64,000 nucleotides of DNA from Patescibacteria group bacterium (GTDB lineage Bacteria; Patescibacteriota; Patescibacteriia; UBA2591; UBA6264): NCBI GenBank assembly GCA_028713575.1, contig JAQTOB010000001.1, positions 27,619-91,618 of the forward strand, written 5' to 3'. Of the stretch, positions 55,750 through 64,000 are shown in pieces (position 1 is the stretch's first letter; every line of letters begins with the position of its first letter). The translations under genes and the position numbers were made by a program. Under the pieces are notes generated by a model. It was not told where the DNA came from. It searched no databases and saw only the letters and a list, made by a program, of their open reading frames with translations.

Positions 55750-57636
55750 TTATTCTTCTTTTTCTTCTACCGTTCCTCTGTTCTTGCCCCAAAAATCTTC
55801 GCTTAAATTTGTATCCAAAAAATCATCTTGAAGTAATACTGATTCATGAGTAAATCCGTCTTGACCAGTAAAAAAAATATTTTCTGTTAAAGGAATTATT
55901 TTGTTCAATTGATCAAATTTTGGAACCACTTCAACTTCAAACCCTGCCTCCAGCAAGGAATAGGGACCTCCTTGATATATGTCTATAAATGGAATATCCC
56001 AGCCAACCCCTCTGTTCTTTTCTTCATAAAGAATTAATCCGTGGCTAGTTTTTGTTTTTCCCGTCCAACTGACATTGACTGGCAGTTTTGTTTTAACTGT
56101 AACATTTTTTAAAGGATTAGTTGTATTTTTTATCCCCCAAAATATCCAGAAATATGTTTTTTCGCCCACTTGAGGAGGGAGCGGTCCGCCGCCGATAATA
56201 ACATGTTCTTCGTCATAATAACGAGCAGAAGATTCTAAAATTACATTTGTTTCTAATAATAGATTTATTTTATTTCCGAAAACACTCCATGATGTTTCGT
56301 CGCCTCCTAATTTCCCCCGAGCAATAACCTGTAATTCTATACTTGCTTGAGAATAATTATTTTTTGCGGCTTCTAAAGAATTTTTTATTGGCAAATCAAA
56401 AACAATGACCCCCTCTTCTCCTGGTTTGATTTGTTTAAAAACGGGAATTGTTCCTGAGTTCCAGCCACTATTTTCATTGGGTGAATATGTTATTGAATCG
56501 GAAATTGTATTCTTTAAAACTTTTTCGGAAATAAATTCAGGAGAATCTTGCGCCGCCCCCTGATAATAATGCCAATCTGTCTGGTAAAGTTGACCAGTAT
56601 TAAGATATTGACCTCCGGTTAATTTTAAATCTAAAATTAAATCTTGAATGCTTTGTTGGCTTTGATTTTTAAAAATCAATTCTATTGGGACAACGTCTCC
56701 CCAGGTTACTATTTGATTGTCCTTAACTGAATTATTAGCTTCTAAAAAAACATTAAATTCAAACTTTTCCAAAAAAACTTTTTTTTCTTTTTCGGTCTGT
56801 AAAAAAAATTTATCTTCGTAAAAAACGCCCGCCTGTAAATTAAAATCCAACTCATTGATAGACGGGTTAGTTAAAAAACCTTCAAATTCAAGTCCTTTTT
56901 GATTTTTGATGTTCAAGTCCTCAATTTTCCATTTAAACCACCTTTGTGAATCATTTATTTCCCATTTGACCAAATCGTCATTCGCCGGGATTGATTTAAT
57001 GTCCTTTAAAACAAAGTTTTTTGGCCAATTTAAAGTTAATTCTGTCTTTGGCAATATTTCTTGGCTGATATTTTCCAATGAAATCGTTGACTTTATTGAT
57101 TGGCCAAAAGAAGACTGTTCAGGCATCTGCCAAGTCAAAAGAATTGACGGCTTAAGCATAACTGATGAAGATAAACTTTTTTGAAAACTTGAAGAAAAAC
57201 CGGATAAATAAAAATTTAAATTACCAGTAAACATTTGGTCTTGTTCGCTCTGTCCAAATAATCGTCCTGTTATTTTTATCTCTTTTAATTCTCCTTTTTC
57301 TATTTTATCCAAAGACCAAAGACATCCTTGATTTAAAGATTGGTCACAGGCTGGTGAACTTGAATTCAAAACAAACCCTTGGGGAAATTTCAATATCACC
57401 TCTGCCCTTTCTAAATCGCGTTTTTCTTGATTTTTAATAAAAATAAAAAAAGTGTTTTCTTCTCCCGCCTCTTGTTCTGCGTGCCGATAAAACCAAAATT
57501 TAACGTCTTGGTCTTCGCTCTCTCTTTCTTTCTGATTGAAATAAAAAAGACTGATTAAACTAATTATTAAAATTAAAAATAAAGAAATAAAAATTAAATT
57601 CAAAAAACTCAGACCTCTTTTTGGCCAATGTTTCAT
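55750..57636 (-). CDS. large hypothetical membrane-anchored surface protein
   Basis: 628 aa with an N-terminal TM anchor, followed by beta-rich S/T/N-rich sequence with no catalytic motif. Confidence 0.5.
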   Translation of the reverse strand: MKHWPKRGLSFLNLIFISLFLILIISLISLFYFNQKERESEDQDVKFWFYRHAEQEAGEENTFFIFIKNQEKRDLERAEVILKFPQGFVLNSSSPACDQSLNQGCLWSLDKIEKGELKEIKITGRLFGQSEQDQMFTGNLNFYLSGFSSSFQKSLSSSVMLKPSILLTWQMPEQSSFGQSIKSTISLENISQEILPKTELTLNWPKNFVLKDIKSIPANDDLVKWEINDSQRWFKWKIEDLNIKNQKGLEFEGFLTNPSINELDFNLQAGVFYEDKFFLQTEKEKKVFLEKFEFNVFLEANNSVKDNQIVTWGDVVPIELIFKNQSQQSIQDLILDLKLTGGQYLNTGQLYQTDWHYYQGAAQDSPEFISEKVLKNTISDSITYSPNENSGWNSGTIPVFKQIKPGEEGVIVFDLPIKNSLEAAKNNYSQASIELQVIARGKLGGDETSWSVFGNKINLLLETNVILESSARYYDEEHVIIGGGPLPPQVGEKTYFWIFWGIKNTTNPLKNVTVKTKLPVNVSWTGKTKTSHGLILYEEKNRGVGWDIPFIDIYQGGPYSLLEAGFEVEVVPKFDQLNKIIPLTENIFFTGQDGFTHESVLLQDDFLDTNLSEDFWGKNRGTVEEKEE

Positions 57637-57661
57637 CGTTTTTATTTATAAAATTAAGACC

Positions 57662-58099
57662 CTATTTCTTTGGTTGCTGTTCAATACTCAGCACTACTTG
57701 AGAATCTGATTTTAATTTTTGAATGAATAAAATCTGTTGACGACTGATTTGTAATTCGCTTTCTGGTTGATGAATTTCGTCACTAACATTAACTAAAGAA
57801 ATTTGAGGCTGGACTTCTTCCCGCTCTTCGGCGGAAACTTGTTGAACCTGAAGATAGTAAACATCTTTTAGAACCAACGTCTGGGAGCTCTGTTTAATTA
57901 CATGGCCAAAATAGCTGCGGCCATTAGTTAAAAAGACAGCATACCAATCTCCGCCCCTGGGAGAAACAAAAATAGTAAAAATTAAAAAAGCAACAATCAT
58001 CACGATAATAATAATTCCTACAATCAACATAATAATGCTTTTTTTACTATTGGCTTTTTTTCTTTCTTGAATTTCTATTGTTTTTATTGCTTCTGTCAT
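57662..58099 (-). CDS. hypothetical single-pass membrane protein
   Basis: 145-aa ORF with one strongly hydrophobic helix. Confidence 0.45.
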   Translation of the reverse strand: MTEAIKTIEIQERKKANSKKSIIMLIVGIIIIVMIVAFLIFTIFVSPRGGDWYAVFLTNGRSYFGHVIKQSSQTLVLKDVYYLQVQQVSAEEREEVQPQISLVNVSDEIHQPESELQISRQQILFIQKLKSDSQVVLSIEQQPKK

Positions 58100-58143
58100 T
58101 TTAATAAAAATTAATTTTAATTAATTATTTTTTTAACCTTTAT

Positions 58144-59325
58144 TTAAGAATTCATTGTAAATAAATTTTTATAAACATTTAATGTTTCCCTGGCGCATTT
58201 ATCCCAAGAAAAATCTTTGGCTCTCTTGCTCCCCTTTTCTTTCAATTTTTTATTCAAATTTTTGTTAGTCAAAATATCATTTATGGCTTGGGCTATTTGC
58301 GCTACATTATAAGGGTCAACCAAAAAAGCGGCTTTCTGGGAAATTTCCGGCAAAGAAGAAACATTACTGGTAATTACGGGAATTCTTTTCGCCATGGCTT
58401 CAATAATCGGCAGACCAAATCCTTCATAAAGAGAAGGGAAAATGAACGCCGTGGCGCCGCTAAAAAGACGGCCCAAATCATTTGAGGGAATATAGCCGGG
58501 GACAATAATGTCTTTTTTGTATTTTGATTTTTTAATTCTTTTTCTTATATTTTCCGACTCTTGTCCTTTCCCTCCCGCCAAAACCAACTGATAGGCAGAT
58601 AAATCTTTTTTTAATGCGACCCCCCGCACTAATCCGTTTCGCCAGCGCTCATAAGCGCCGATTAATCTAATAATATTTTTTCTTTTTTCAAATGTCCCCA
58701 AAAAAAGTAAATAATTATCGCCAATTTTATACTTCTTTTTTATTTTATTTATTTCTATTGATTTCCTTTTTTTAAAAAAACGTTGGTCCAGTCCATGATA
58801 GATCACTTTTATTTTTTGTTTGTCCAAATGAAAAATTTCTTCTAAATCCTTGGCTGTTGCCTTAGAAACGGCAATTATTCTGTCCGTTTTTTTAAGAACA
58901 TCAGGAATCGTTTTGCCGAAAATTTTTGACTCCTGTCCATTGAATAACTCTGGGAGCTTATATCCGAACAAATCGTGAACCGTCACCACGCTTGACCCCT
59001 TGTAAAAAAGGGGCAAGGAAGGTGTTGGCGAATGGAAAACATCTAATTTTTCTCTCGCTAAAGCGGCATTAATTAAAAAATAAGTGTAATCATTCGGTAA
59101 TAGTTTTTTATATTGCTTAAAGGGAAAAAATTTAATTAAAACATTTTTTTGCCTGAATTTGTCAAGCCTTTTTCTTTGAACCGAACGATCAAAAAATAAA
59201 AAATAAGTGTTTTTTTTGTCTATTTTTAATAAGTGCCTAACTAATTGATATGTATAATGACCAAGCCCCGCTCCTTCACCCTTTTCTGGATTTAAAATTG
59301 TTCGGCAATCAATTCCAATTCTCAT
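58144..59325 (-). CDS. GT4-family glycosyltransferase
   Basis: EGFGLPIIEAMAKRIPVITSNVSSLPEI. Confidence 0.8.
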   Translation of the reverse strand: MRIGIDCRTILNPEKGEGAGLGHYTYQLVRHLLKIDKKNTYFLFFDRSVQRKRLDKFRQKNVLIKFFPFKQYKKLLPNDYTYFLINAALAREKLDVFHSPTPSLPLFYKGSSVVTVHDLFGYKLPELFNGQESKIFGKTIPDVLKKTDRIIAVSKATAKDLEEIFHLDKQKIKVIYHGLDQRFFKKRKSIEINKIKKKYKIGDNYLLFLGTFEKRKNIIRLIGAYERWRNGLVRGVALKKDLSAYQLVLAGGKGQESENIRKRIKKSKYKKDIIVPGYIPSNDLGRLFSGATAFIFPSLYEGFGLPIIEAMAKRIPVITSNVSSLPEISQKAAFLVDPYNVAQIAQAINDILTNKNLNKKLKEKGSKRAKDFSWDKCARETLNVYKNLFTMNS

Positions 59326-59426
59326 TTTATTTTTATTAATTTAATAACTAGACATTATCATTTTACCATATTTGAAAACAATCGCAATAGTGCTACAATA
59401 TATAGGATTATTAATTTAATAAAAAA

Positions 59427-59876
59427 ATGAAAGTTGTAGCTAATAACAAAAAAGCTTATTTTGACTACGAAGTTATTCAAACCATGGAGGCCGGAATTGT
59501 TTTGTCCGGACCAGAGGTTAAATCAATAAAAAACGGCCGAGTGAATCTTGTCGGCAGTTATGTTTATGTTGATAACAATAATGTCCCCTTGCTTATTAAT
59601 GCCCACGTTGACTTTTATCCTCCGGCGGCGCAAATACAAAAAAATTACAACCCCACCCAAACCAGAAAACTCCTTTTACATAAAAAAGAAATTTCTTCAT
59701 TAGCCGGCAAACTTAAAATTAAGGGGTTATCTTTAATTCCTTTAAAAATTTACGTTGAACATCAAATTATTAAAGTGCAAATCGGTCTGGTTAAAGGGAA
59801 AAAAAAGTGGGACAAAAGAGAATCAATAAAAAAACGGGAAATAAAAAGAAAAATTGAACAATCTTTAAAATACTAA
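59427..59876 (+). CDS. smpB: SsrA-binding protein
   Basis: NKKAYFDYEVIQTMEAGIVLSGPEVKSIKNGRVNLVGSYV. Confidence 0.9.
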   Translation: MKVVANNKKAYFDYEVIQTMEAGIVLSGPEVKSIKNGRVNLVGSYVYVDNNNVPLLINAHVDFYPPAAQIQKNYNPTQTRKLLLHKKEISSLAGKLKIKGLSLIPLKIYVEHQIIKVQIGLVKGKKKWDKRESIKKREIKRKIEQSLKY

Positions 59877-59885
59877 CAATAATTT

Positions 59886-61625
59886 TTATATAGGCCTTGG
59901 GGGTAAAATTTTAATTACTCCTTTTTTCTTTTTTTTGAAAACCGTATGACAGACATCATGAATATTCTTTTCGTTGTTTAAAAATTCTTGATAAACTTTC
60001 TTAATTATCGGATTCTCGTGCGCCAATCTTATTTCTTTTTTTCGGTCAATTTGATACAATCCTTCAGCGCGATTTTTTCTAACCATTGCATCAATGGGTA
60101 AAGGCTGGCCTCCGCCACCAACACATCCTCCGGGACAAGCCATTACTTCAAGATAATCATAAAAATGGAGATTTTTCTTAAGTTTCATTAAAATTTTACT
60201 TACCTCTCCTGTTCCATTAATAACTGCCACTTTTAAAATTTTTTTACCGATTTTAATTTTTGCTTCTTTTACTCCTTTCATTCCCCGCACTTGTTTAAAT
60301 TCTACTTTCATTCTTTTTTTACCTGTTATTATTTTCTGAACCGTTCTTAAGGCAGATTCCATAACTCCACCAGTCGCTCCATAAATCACCCCGGCGCCAG
60401 AAGGAATACCAAAAGGCATATCTAATTCAACTGGCTTAATTCTTTTAAAATCAATTTTTCTTTTTTTGAATAAATGTATTAATTCCCTGGTAGTTAAAAC
60501 ATAATCAACGGGCTTTAAGCCGTTTATTTTGAGCTCGTCTCTGGTAATCTCGTATTTTTTAGCAATACAGGGCATAATGGAAACAATGATAATATTTTTT
60601 GGGTCTATTTTTTGTTTTTCTGCCCAATAAGTTTTAATCAGTCCTCCTAAAATAATATGAGGAGAACGAACCGTGGTTAAGCAAGGAATAAATTCGGGAA
60701 AATAAAACTCAATAAATTTAACCCAAGCCGGGCAACAAGAAGTAAATATGGGTAATTTTCTTTTCTTCCGCAAAGCTTCAACTAATTCATTCGCTTCTTC
60801 TATGGTGGTAAAATCCGCGCCTACACTCACGTCAAAAACATTCTTTGCTCCTAATTTTTTTATACCCGCCACTAATTTATTGGTAACAATATTGCCGACC
60901 GGCAAGCCAAACCCTTCGCCAATGCTTGTTCTAATGGAGGGAGCAAATTGTACAACTATTGTTTTACTTTTATCCAAAAATGGTTTTTCCACATCTTCAA
61001 ATTCACCCACGCCTTCAAAACTCCCGGCCGGACAATGAACAAGGCATTGTCCGCAATAAATGCAGTCTTTATTTTTATCCCGACTGGGAATAATCCTTGT
61101 TTCTAAAAATTTTTTTTCTAATTTAAGAAACCCTACGCCCTGATTTTGACAAATTTCCACACAGTTACGGCAATCAATACATTTTGCGCTTTCAAAAATA
61201 AAAGCCGGCCCGATTTGATATATTGGATAATCTTTTTTTCTATCCGGAAAACGATTTATTTTTATTTTATATTTCTTGGCCAACTCTAAAAGTTGACATT
61301 GATAAGACCAAACGCAATCGTGACATTCTTCCGCGTGCTGAGCGAAAAGAAGTTCTAAATTAATTTTTCGCGCTCTTTCAATTTCCGGAGAATCAGTAAT
61401 AATTTTCATTTTGGGTTGCGCTTTGAGCGAACAGGCCGTCAATAACTCTTTTTTGTTTTTTTCTTTTACCAAACAAAGCCGGCAACTTTCCAGTGGTTCC
61501 AGGTCCGAATGATAACATAAAGCGGGAATCTCTATCTTATTTTCCTTTGCAATTTCTAAAATTGTCTGGTTAGCCTGTGCCCAATAATTCTTCCCGTTAA
61601 TATTTATTTTGAATTTTTTAACCAT
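59886..61625 (-). CDS. hydA: [FeFe]-hydrogenase catalytic subunit with N-terminal 2Fe-2S and 4Fe-4S ferredoxin domains
   Basis: H-cluster motifs L1 (TSCCPAW), L2 (MPCIAKKYE) and L3 (EVMACPGGCVGGGGQP), plus CxxCxxCxxxCP ferredoxin motifs. Confidence 0.9.
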   Translation of the reverse strand: MVKKFKININGKNYWAQANQTILEIAKENKIEIPALCYHSDLEPLESCRLCLVKEKNKKELLTACSLKAQPKMKIITDSPEIERARKINLELLFAQHAEECHDCVWSYQCQLLELAKKYKIKINRFPDRKKDYPIYQIGPAFIFESAKCIDCRNCVEICQNQGVGFLKLEKKFLETRIIPSRDKNKDCIYCGQCLVHCPAGSFEGVGEFEDVEKPFLDKSKTIVVQFAPSIRTSIGEGFGLPVGNIVTNKLVAGIKKLGAKNVFDVSVGADFTTIEEANELVEALRKKRKLPIFTSCCPAWVKFIEFYFPEFIPCLTTVRSPHIILGGLIKTYWAEKQKIDPKNIIIVSIMPCIAKKYEITRDELKINGLKPVDYVLTTRELIHLFKKRKIDFKRIKPVELDMPFGIPSGAGVIYGATGGVMESALRTVQKIITGKKRMKVEFKQVRGMKGVKEAKIKIGKKILKVAVINGTGEVSKILMKLKKNLHFYDYLEVMACPGGCVGGGGQPLPIDAMVRKNRAEGLYQIDRKKEIRLAHENPIIKKVYQEFLNNEKNIHDVCHTVFKKKKKGVIKILPPRPI

Positions 61626-62661
61626 TGATAATTTTTTTTATTAAACTTTTAAAAGGCAAACTTATGTTTTTGCCCAATGGGCAAAAACTTGTTTTTTCAA
61701 GAATAAAGACCAAATCATTAAAAATCTTATTATCAAATTTACTTGGAGTTAAAATTTCTTTGAGACGATAGACTCCTTCGCGACAACTCATACATTTGTC
61801 ACAATTCTCTTGACGGAAAAAATCAATCCATTTGTTCATTAAAATAAAAGGGTCTGTTTTATTAAAAGAATAAACAATAATCCCTCCCAGTCCTCTTGTT
61901 TTTTGTTTTAATTCATTTTCTAATAATATCTCCCCCGTTGTCCCTCCGACTTGAACAAAAAATTTAAAGCGGGGCCAATTTCCAGTCATTTTTAAAATCG
62001 TTTCTATGGTCAAATCCTCTGACAATTCATAAACACCAGAATTTTTAATTTCTCCGCCTAATGAATAAAATCTTGTTTTTTTATATCTCCCGTCAACAAT
62101 TTGAGGGACGAAATAAAACGTTTCTATGTTGTTAATTAAGGTTGGTAAATTAAAAAGTCCGTCAGTCGTTGGGTATGGGGGCTTTTTCCGCGGCTCTAAA
62201 CTTTTGCCTTCAATTGCCCTGATTAAAACCGTCTCTTCTCCACTGATATATCCGCCGGGTTTTTTGAATAATTTTGTGGAAAGTTTTCTGCGTTTAATTA
62301 TTTTTTCTAATAATTGTTTATATTTTTGAAAATAATCTTTCCGCAAATAAATATAAGATTCCTTACTTTTAATAACTTTAAGGGCAATTTCTATGCCCTT
62401 AATAACTTCTTCTGGATAATTTCTTAGAATAAATCCATCTTTAAAAATATTCGGGTCTCCTTCAGCTGCATTACAAATTACATATTTTTTTGTTCCGGGG
62501 GCGTTTTTAACCATCTCCCATTTTAAACCAGTAAGAAAACCAGAGCCGCTACGACCCCTTAATCCTGATTTTTTTATTTTTTCAATTATATCCAACATAA
62601 ATTGTTTTTTGTTTCCGTAATACATATTAAAAATAATACAAAAAAAATAGGATAAGGTCAA
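61618..62661 (-). CDS. compact NuoF-like NAD(P)H-binding flavoprotein/FeS subunit, the probable hydrogenase diaphorase partner
   Basis: GLRGRSGSGFLTGLKW (FMN/NADH-site motif), CNAAEGDPNIFKDGFIL and a C-terminal 4Fe-4S (CDKCMSCREG...SFCPLG). It overlaps hydA by 8 nt. Confidence 0.8.
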   Translation of the reverse strand: MTLSYFFCIIFNMYYGNKKQFMLDIIEKIKKSGLRGRSGSGFLTGLKWEMVKNAPGTKKYVICNAAEGDPNIFKDGFILRNYPEEVIKGIEIALKVIKSKESYIYLRKDYFQKYKQLLEKIIKRRKLSTKLFKKPGGYISGEETVLIRAIEGKSLEPRKKPPYPTTDGLFNLPTLINNIETFYFVPQIVDGRYKKTRFYSLGGEIKNSGVYELSEDLTIETILKMTGNWPRFKFFVQVGGTTGEILLENELKQKTRGLGGIIVYSFNKTDPFILMNKWIDFFRQENCDKCMSCREGVYRLKEILTPSKFDNKIFNDLVFILEKTSFCPLGKNISLPFKSLIKKIING

Positions 62662-62728
62662 TCTTTCAAAATTTATTTTTTTATGTTATAAATAATTATG
62701 TTTTATTTTAATTTTTAAGTTTATCAAA

Positions 62729-63514
62729 ATGAATTTTATTTATGAAAACATAAATTATAAAATAGACTCTTCGGGTATTGTCCCCAGCGGCGGAGATATT
62801 GATGAGATTAACAAAACTATTCTTATTGACCGAGGTATTCCTGAAAAATTTCATCAGGGTATTGCTGTTCACGAAATTGAAGAAAGAAAACTCCTAATGA
62901 AAGGGCATAGTTATGTTTATTCCCACAACGAAGCGCAAAAAAAAGAATTAGAATTTTATAAAAAAACCTGTGGCGAGGAAAATGCATTAAATCTGCTGGA
63001 AGAAGAAGAACTTGTTGTTTTAAGTGTTTGTTCGCGCCGAACTACGCCAAAAAAAAGTAAAATAATTTTAACCGAATCGGAAAATGCCAATCAATCGCCA
63101 ATAAAACCGATTATTGAAATAAAAAACATTAAGGAAGCGTTATTTGAAAATAAGCGTTATATTATTGATAATTCGGAAAAACTAATTGGCGCCTTGGTTG
63201 ACGTTTATGAAAAAGGCGGGATTGTTTATATTGACCGAGATGTTCCGGAGAGATTTCATGAAAGTTTGACCCTTAATGAATTAGTGACGAGAAAAAATTT
63301 AAAAAATGGAATGGGCTGGACAATGGCTCACTTAGAAGGAAATAAAACCGAAAAAGAATTTTTAGGCATTAAATATGGTCCAATGGATGGACAAAATATA
63401 TTTAACGATGAAATAAAATTTCAAAACTGGAAATATAGTAATGAAAAAAAAGAACTAAAAGAACAAGGCGGGCATAAAGTTATTTATGAAAAAGGGGAAA
63501 TTCTATCAAAATAA
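62729..63514 (+). CDS. hypothetical protein with an internal two-fold duplication
   Basis: Two related ~60-aa segments (GIPEKFHQGIAVHEIEERKLL and DVPERFHESLTLNELVTRKNL); no known motif. Confidence 0.45.
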   Translation: MNFIYENINYKIDSSGIVPSGGDIDEINKTILIDRGIPEKFHQGIAVHEIEERKLLMKGHSYVYSHNEAQKKELEFYKKTCGEENALNLLEEEELVVLSVCSRRTTPKKSKIILTESENANQSPIKPIIEIKNIKEALFENKRYIIDNSEKLIGALVDVYEKGGIVYIDRDVPERFHESLTLNELVTRKNLKNGMGWTMAHLEGNKTEKEFLGIKYGPMDGQNIFNDEIKFQNWKYSNEKKELKEQGGHKVIYEKGEILSK

Positions 63515-63541
63515 AAAATATATTATTAAATATATTTAAAA

Positions 63542-63613
63542 TCGGGGTGCCGGGAATTGAACCCGAATCACAGGACCCCCAGCCCTGCATAATAGCCTTT
63601 ATACTACACCCCG
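63542..63613 (-). tRNA. tRNA-Pro (anticodon GGG)
   Basis: The minus strand reads CGGGGTG TA ... CAGGG CTGGGGG TCCTG ... TCGGG TTCAATT CCCGG CACCCCG A, with a 7-bp acceptor stem and G37; the D-stem is weak. Confidence 0.7.
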
Positions 63614-63632
63614 CTAAAATTATAAAGACAAA

Positions 63633-63815
63633 CTAAGAAGAATTTTCTCTTTTTTTAAATGTTTTTAAACATTTAGTGCAAATTTTTATCCTCTTGCCAG
63701 AAATCTGTTTTGTTTGTAAGTTTATATATTGTCTCCTTTTGGTGGCCACATTAGAATGAGATCTGGAAATTTTTGTTTGTGGACCACGGCCGCAAATTAA
63801 ACAACGTTTTGCCAT
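63633..63815 (-). CDS. rpmB: 50S ribosomal protein L28
   Basis: MAKRCLICGRGPQTKISRSHSNVATKRRQYINLQ... with two CxxC pairs. Confidence 0.75.
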   Translation of the reverse strand: MAKRCLICGRGPQTKISRSHSNVATKRRQYINLQTKQISGKRIKICTKCLKTFKKRENSS

Positions 63816-63911
63816 AAAATTTAATTTAATCCCAATAGTATCCATTTAATCGAATCTACGGAATAAACATATTATTAATTAATATTAACAGAAAAAAAAT
63901 ATTTAGCAAGT

Positions 63912-64000
63912 ATGAAATTTTTTATTTATATTGTTATTGTTCTTTCCGCGGTTATTCATGAATATGCGCACGGTTGGACCGCTTATCAACTAGGAGATTC
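63912..64000 (+). CDS. 5' end of a membrane zinc metalloprotease-like gene (HExxH), truncated by the window end
   Basis: MKFFIYIVIVLSAVIHEYAHGW... Confidence 0.3.
   Translation, partial: MKFFIYIVIVLSAVIHEYAHGWTAYQLGD

Overview
This is a low-GC (~30%), gene-dense bacterial chromosomal segment. Gene content and style suggest a reduced genome of the Candidate Phyla Radiation (Patescibacteria) type; this is inferred from content only, not from any search. The supporting features are archaeal-type ProRS and GlyRS, AspRS without the bacterial insertion domain, a hinge-less SMC, a compact NuoF-like hydrogenase partner next to an [FeFe]-hydrogenase, and lysine-rich tails on ribosomal proteins.

Most of the window is housekeeping:
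- A P-type ATPase truncated by the window edge.
- asnS, a small ORF, aspS, ftsX and queA, followed by tRNA-Cys.
- A standalone 5'-3' exonuclease, holA, rpsT, ruvA and rplU.
- A membrane-anchored ClpB/C-like ATPase.
- The rpmH-rnpA-yidD-yidC cluster, then rny, clpP, rbfA, tsaC, two HD hydrolases and a glutaredoxin-like protein.
- tRNA-Glu, tsaD, an ornithine-cyclodeaminase-family gene, mscL and a methyltransferase.
- tsaE, valS, pilB and dnaA with upstream DnaA boxes.
- rpmF-nusB, then rnc followed by an smc-like gene, then two mreB paralogs, proS, rseP, frr, holB, two GT4 glycosyltransferases, an AI-2E transporter and an M16 peptidase.
- glyQS, tgt, recO, smpB, the hydA/nuoF-like pair, tRNA-Pro and rpmB.

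The unusual parts are small mobile or repeat structures:
1. A free-standing GIY-YIG nuclease gene sits between an intact tRNA-Glu and a duplicated 5' tRNA-Glu fragment. The fragment carries a ~50 bp GC-rich miniature insertion with inverted termini.
2. An IS200-like (RAYT/Y1 HUH) transposase lies next to a lipoprotein gene. Two ~90 bp near-identical direct repeats bracket the lipoprotein gene; each carries two perfect palindromes.
3. A dispersed AT-rich 'caaaat(g/c)caaaat' repeat family occurs across the window, sometimes joined to a GC-rich palindrome (CCTGCCTG(T)CCGGCAGGCAGG). It has been inserted in-frame into tsaE and, several times, into valS.
4. An ATP-cone/Mrr-like restriction-endonuclease fusion gene lies between pilB and dnaA.
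5. A ~370 bp GC-enriched intergenic region after tRNA-Cys may encode a structured RNA that I cannot classify.

No CRISPR array, rRNA or classical defence operon was seen. All calls come from reading the translations and the DNA by eye; no database search was possible.
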